A DNA stretch of 64,000 bases from Candidatus Firestoneibacteriota bacterium. GTDB taxonomy: Bacteria > Oederibacteriota > D2-FULL-39-29. Position 1 is the first letter of the stretch, and every line of letters starts with the position of its first letter. Below the pieces are notes generated by a model. It searched no databases, was not told where the DNA came from, and worked only from the letters and a program-made list of their open reading frames with translations. Made by a program: the position numbers and the translations under genes. The DNA is taken from contig JAPLKO010000059.1 in assembly GCA_026388015.1 (NCBI GenBank), positions 566 to 64,565 on the forward strand, in the 5' to 3' direction. Shown here piece after piece: positions 61,760 to 64,000 of the stretch.

Positions 61760-63909
61760 TGGGTTTTACAATCCTAAATCCGGTTATGCTTTTCTTTAGC
61801 GCTCTAGTTGCGCTGCCTATTATAATTCACCTTTTTCACAGAAGACGTTTTAAAGAAGTACGCTGGGCCGCTATGGAGTTTTTACTTAAAGCCGAAAAAA
61901 AGACCAAGAGCATGCATAAACTCCGGCATCTTCTTCTGCTTATTCTCCGTTGTTTGGCTATTTTATTTGTAGTCCTCGCAATAAGCCAGCCGCTCATTAA
62001 GACTCCGTCCCTGGCAGGACTGAAGGGGAAGGCTTCTAATTATGCCGTAATAATACTTGATAACTCTTTTAGTATGAGCGAGAAAGACGGCAGTAATAAG
62101 GTTCTTTTTGACGCCGCTAAGGAAAAGGCCTCGGAAATGGTGGGCCTTTTTGAGCAGGGAGATTCTATCTCTTTGCTTACTTTCGGAAAGAAAGCAAAAA
62201 CAATTATTAACGAACCGACCTATCAGCTTTCTACGGTAAAAAAAGAAGTGGAAAGTGTAAAGCTGGAAAACGGTGGTAATGATCTGGGCGGCGCGCTTTT
62301 GCTTGCTGCGGGTCTTTTTAAAAAGTCAAAAGAAGTATCAAAAGAGCTGTATATAATTACGGATTGCCAGGCAACGGCTTTCCGTGATGCGGAAAAAGAT
62401 ATAAAACAAGTCTTTGATGAAATTGGAGGAAAAGTAACCATTTATCTTGTAAAGGTGGGCAAGAAAAACCCGGGCAATCTTTCAGTCTCTAATGTGCGGT
62501 TTTCCAGGCAGCTTGTGGATACAGTAATGCCGATTAGAATTACCGCAGATATAACGAATTACGGGAAAAGCGATGTTATGGATTGCGTGGCAAATCTATA
62601 TACAAATGAAAAACTAAGAGACAGTAAAAGAATAATTATCAAAAGCGGAAGAACCGAACCCATTGCTTTCTATCACCGCTTTAGCGAGGAAGGTATTAAT
62701 ACAGGGCGCATAGAAATCTCTACGGATGCCGTTGCAAAAGATAACGAAGTCTATTTCAGTGTAAATGTCAGAGGCGCGGTCCCGGTGTTAATTGTGGACG
62801 GCAAACCTTCAAGAAAAAGGTTTGAAAGCGAGAGCGGATTTTTATCGTATGCTTTTTCTCCCTACGGTCCGGAGGATGCGGGAAAAGGAAAGTTAATAGC
62901 TTCTTCCGTTTGCGACTATGCCGCGCTTTCTCAGCCCCGACTTAATGCAAATAAGGTTGTGGTCCTATCCAGTATTCCTTATCTTTCGGAAGAAGGCCTT
63001 TTATCTCTTGGTGCTTTTGTGCGAAGCGGAAAAGGCGCTCTATTTTTTGCGGGGGATCTTATTAATCCCCAATATTTTAATGCGCAGTTTTATAAGGAAA
63101 AAAGCGGTATTTTGCCCTGCCTTGTCGGCGGTAAAATTACGCCCAAAAAAGAGGGAGATACGTTTTTTATTGATAAGGTTAATCTGGAGCACCCCCTTAT
63201 GGCAAAGTTCAGGGAGGCGGAGATTAAGGAGCTTAAGAAAGCGCGTTTTGCCGAGTTTTTTGAGTTAAAAGTGGATCCCTCGGATCCGACGACCACCATA
63301 CTTGCTTCTTTTAACAACGGGATGCCCGCAATTGTTTCAAAGCAGTGCGGTAAAGGAAATACGATTATTATCGCAACCGGCGCAAACAGGCGTTGGAGTG
63401 ATTTTGTAATTAAACCTATGTTTTTGCCCTGGCTTTATGAGACTGTATATTTTCTGTCCACCGGAACGGAAGAGCAGAAAAATTTGAAACTCGGAGAGAA
63501 GATTAGAAAAGTGCTTCCTTTTGGTAGTAATTTTACGGCCAAACTTATAACTCCGGATAATAAACAGGCGGTTTTTAAATCTTCGGTAAGCGCTGAAGGG
63601 CGTGTTTTGGAGTACAGCGATACAAATGATCCGGGCTTTTATAAAGTGCAGGTTCAGGATAAAAATGACTTTTATGCTTTAAATCTAGAAACCAAAAGCG
63701 AGTCTGATACGGAGCGAGTCGAGAAAAGTTATATTATGAGATTAGCACCGAAAGAAAGGTTCATATATATCGGAGAAGAAGAAGATGCGAGGAGCAAGGT
63801 TTTACAGGGAAGAAACGGTATTGGTATCTGGAAAGAACTGCTTCTTCTTGCCGCTTTAATACTCGGGGCAGAATCATATCTTGCCTACCGATTTGGTAAA
63901 AGGATATAA
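61759..63909 (+). CDS. BatA-like protein: aerotolerance-regulator N-terminal TM domain, VWA domain and a long C-terminal extension
   Basis: N-terminal LFFSALVALPIIIHLFHRRR (BatA_N-type), a MIDAS motif IILDNSFSMSEKDG, 716 aa in total. The ATG overlaps the DUF58 stop. Confidence 0.65.
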   Translation: MGFTILNPVMLFFSALVALPIIIHLFHRRRFKEVRWAAMEFLLKAEKKTKSMHKLRHLLLLILRCLAILFVVLAISQPLIKTPSLAGLKGKASNYAVIILDNSFSMSEKDGSNKVLFDAAKEKASEMVGLFEQGDSISLLTFGKKAKTIINEPTYQLSTVKKEVESVKLENGGNDLGGALLLAAGLFKKSKEVSKELYIITDCQATAFRDAEKDIKQVFDEIGGKVTIYLVKVGKKNPGNLSVSNVRFSRQLVDTVMPIRITADITNYGKSDVMDCVANLYTNEKLRDSKRIIIKSGRTEPIAFYHRFSEEGINTGRIEISTDAVAKDNEVYFSVNVRGAVPVLIVDGKPSRKRFESESGFLSYAFSPYGPEDAGKGKLIASSVCDYAALSQPRLNANKVVVLSSIPYLSEEGLLSLGAFVRSGKGALFFAGDLINPQYFNAQFYKEKSGILPCLVGGKITPKKEGDTFFIDKVNLEHPLMAKFREAEIKELKKARFAEFFELKVDPSDPTTTILASFNNGMPAIVSKQCGKGNTIIIATGANRRWSDFVIKPMFLPWLYETVYFLSTGTEEQKNLKLGEKIRKVLPFGSNFTAKLITPDNKQAVFKSSVSAEGRVLEYSDTNDPGFYKVQVQDKNDFYALNLETKSESDTERVEKSYIMRLAPKERFIYIGEEEDARSKVLQGRNGIGIWKELLLLAALILGAESYLAYRFGKRI

Positions 63910-64000
63910 ATGGGAGAACTAATATTAAAAATACTCGGTGTTAAGGCCGAAGGCGGAGCTGCCATAGACTCGATAGGGTTTAATTTTATGAATAAAGGCC
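63910..64000 (+). CDS. 5' end of the next ORF in the Bat-like operon (3' partial, function not assignable)
   Basis: ATG one nt after the previous stop, open to the window end (MGELILKILGVKAEGGAAIDSIGFNFMNKG…). Confidence 0.3.
   Translation, partial: MGELILKILGVKAEGGAAIDSIGFNFMNKG

Noticed and set aside
1-64000. CRISPR arrays, restriction-modification or toxin-antitoxin defence loci
   Set aside because: No regularly spaced direct repeats, cas-like genes, methyltransferase/endonuclease pairs or small paired ORFs were seen. The intergenic space is minimal.

Overview
The window is a gene-dense (~90% coding), low-GC bacterial chromosomal segment. Almost all genes sit on the + strand as long, overlapping, translationally coupled operons. 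Only ndk and fba are on the - strand. TonB/ExbBD, a TonB-dependent receptor fragment, TolC and an RND pump indicate a diderm (Gram-negative-type) cell. TGA is a normal stop: exbB and many other genes end in-frame at TGA at the expected length.

Content in order:
- 3' end of an outer-membrane TonB-dependent receptor, then ExbB-ExbD-TonB and a TPR+SpoIID-domain protein.
- DUF3467, birA and coaX.
- An A/K-rich lipoprotein, trxA and a DUF1015 protein.
- An M50 site-2 protease, trpS, scpA, scpB and a PilZ/cNMP-binding protein.
- pheA and aroQ.
- An envelope glycan cluster: a tandem Wzy_C O-antigen-ligase-like/TPR giant, a GT2 and a WecA/MraY-family transferase.
- A DUF4886 protein, tRNA-His, an FGGY kinase (xylulokinase-like), a multiply broken GGDEF pseudogene and tRNA-Leu.
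- rnr and a CarboxypepD_reg/Ig-like membrane protein.
- glyQ and glyS, a convergent terminator, and fba-ndk on the - strand.
- marR, tolC and an RND pump with no adaptor gene.
- lysC, a cimA/leuA-family synthase and a lipoprotein.
- valS, nadC, purS-purL-purQ and a DUF1638-like protein.
- A DHH-CBS-poly(A) polymerase/CCA fusion.
- A BNR-repeat pseudogene fragment, then DUF4912 and a GH57 branching enzyme.
- A secreted terpene-cyclase-like repeat protein and a 1195-aa multi-PQQ-propeller protein with a poly-Lys tail.
- A MoxR-DUF58-VWA (Bat-like) module continuing past the window end.

I found no CRISPR array, integrase, transposase or phage genes. The most unusual loci are:
- the scpAB-PilZ/cNMP coupling;
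- the 55-64 kb envelope module (cyclase-like repeat protein, giant propeller, MoxR-DUF58-VWA);
- the tRNA-bounded islet with a decayed diguanylate cyclase;
- the double O-antigen-ligase fusion;
- the pur operon with a dyad repeat operator and a coupled DUF1638-like gene.
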